Origin: an uncultured delta proteobacterium
GTDB taxonomy: Bacteria > Desulfobacterota > Binatia > Binatales > Binataceae
Assembly (NCBI GenBank): GCA_963710425.1
Contig: CAVQAR010000024.1
Coordinates: 229,042-293,041 of the forward strand
Direction: 5' to 3'
DNA length: 64,000 nucleotides
Part shown: positions 63,458 to 64,000 of the stretch, in pieces
Numbering within the stretch: position 1 is the first letter of the stretch
How the letters are laid out: the number at the start of each line of letters is the position of its first letter
The notes under the pieces: model-generated
Seen by the model: the letters and a program-made list of their open reading frames with translations, nothing else
Database searches by the model: none
What the model was told of the DNA's origin: nothing
Program-made: the position numbers and the translations under genes

Positions 63458-64000
63458 ATGGCAAAGAAGCGAAAGCCTGCCCGCCGAGGCGACGAGCAAG
63501 ACGGCGAACAAAAGGCGACGCCCGCGCCTGAGCGCGTGTTTTCGTCACCATTCAAAGATTTGAAGAAGATGCTGGCTGGGCGGGATCTGTCGGCAGCGCC
63601 GAGCAAGCCCAAAATCGCTCCTGCGCCGTTGCCGGTCGTGGAGAAACCCGCCGCCCCGGTTGCAGAACCGCTCGACGACGAATCTTTTCTGCGTCACGCG
63701 TTCGAAGGCGTGCGACCGCTGCATGCGAACGGCAAACGCAACGCGCGCATACCGCTCGACCCTCCTACGACTCACACGATCGTCGATGAGGACGCGGAGG
63801 TGGTAGCGCTACTGTCCGACCTGGTGTCGGGACAGGCGCCGTTCGATATCACCGAGTCTGACGAATACGTCGAGGGCTACCGCGTCGGTCTCGATCCGCG
63901 ACTGGTGTCGCAGCTTCGCCGTGGCGAGTTCGCGATGCAGGATCATTTCGATATGCACGGCATGATCCAGAGCGACGCGAAGGAAGCGCTGAAAGAATTC
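63458..64000 (+). CDS. Smr-domain (SmrA-like) protein; 3'-truncated by the window edge, not in the ORF track
   Basis: Hand translation: MAKKRK...FSSPFKDL...FEGVRPL...LRRGEFAMQDHFDMHGM...AKEAL. Confidence 0.88.
   Translation, partial: MAKKRKPARRGDEQDGEQKATPAPERVFSSPFKDLKKMLAGRDLSAAPSKPKIAPAPLPVVEKPAAPVAEPLDDESFLRHAFEGVRPLHANGKRNARIPLDPPTTHTIVDEDAEVVALLSDLVSGQAPFDITESDEYVEGYRVGLDPRLVSQLRRGEFAMQDHFDMHGMIQSDAKEALKEF

Noticed and set aside
1-64000. Widespread pseudogenisation or programmed frameshifting (dprA, trmFO, parB, mnmG, mnmE, jag and others)
   Set aside because: Breaks are scattered single-base indels in otherwise conserved genes, with no decay and no shared slippery motif. Long-read consensus error is the simplest explanation; read polishing would settle it.

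Overview
GC-rich bacterial chromosomal segment. Gene content and style suggest a soil Candidatus Binatota-like (Desulfobacterota-related) genome; this is an inference only. The core is the origin-proximal housekeeping set (parB-parA-rsmG-mnmG-mnmE and rpmH-rnpA-yidD-yidC-jag, arranged divergently, with no dnaA), with seven parS sites. It also holds dprA-topA...trmFO-HU, fumC, mutS2, a Smr protein, an MCC carboxyltransferase and a FadF-like Fe-S oxidoreductase. Accessory blocks include an ECF42 sigma locus with three YCII/DGPF genes, a GT-C-like membrane protein cluster, tandem Zn-ADHs, a sigma54-preceded cassette of three TadG-like plus two TadE pseudopilins, and a GLIC-like pentameric channel. 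Many genes, including conserved housekeeping ones, carry single-base frameshifts, most likely long-read consensus errors. The intergenic space is dense with at least five families of short palindromic repeats that assemble into composite modules. The top candidate novelty is a DUF559 (Vsr-like) endonuclease gene bracketed by perfect 42-bp inverted copies of the most abundant repeat family, which suggests a RAYT/REPIN-like selfish system driven by a different nuclease class. A second repeat family is inserted in-frame into membrane proteins as SVGRAAVPAL. No rRNA, tRNA or CRISPR array was recognised.
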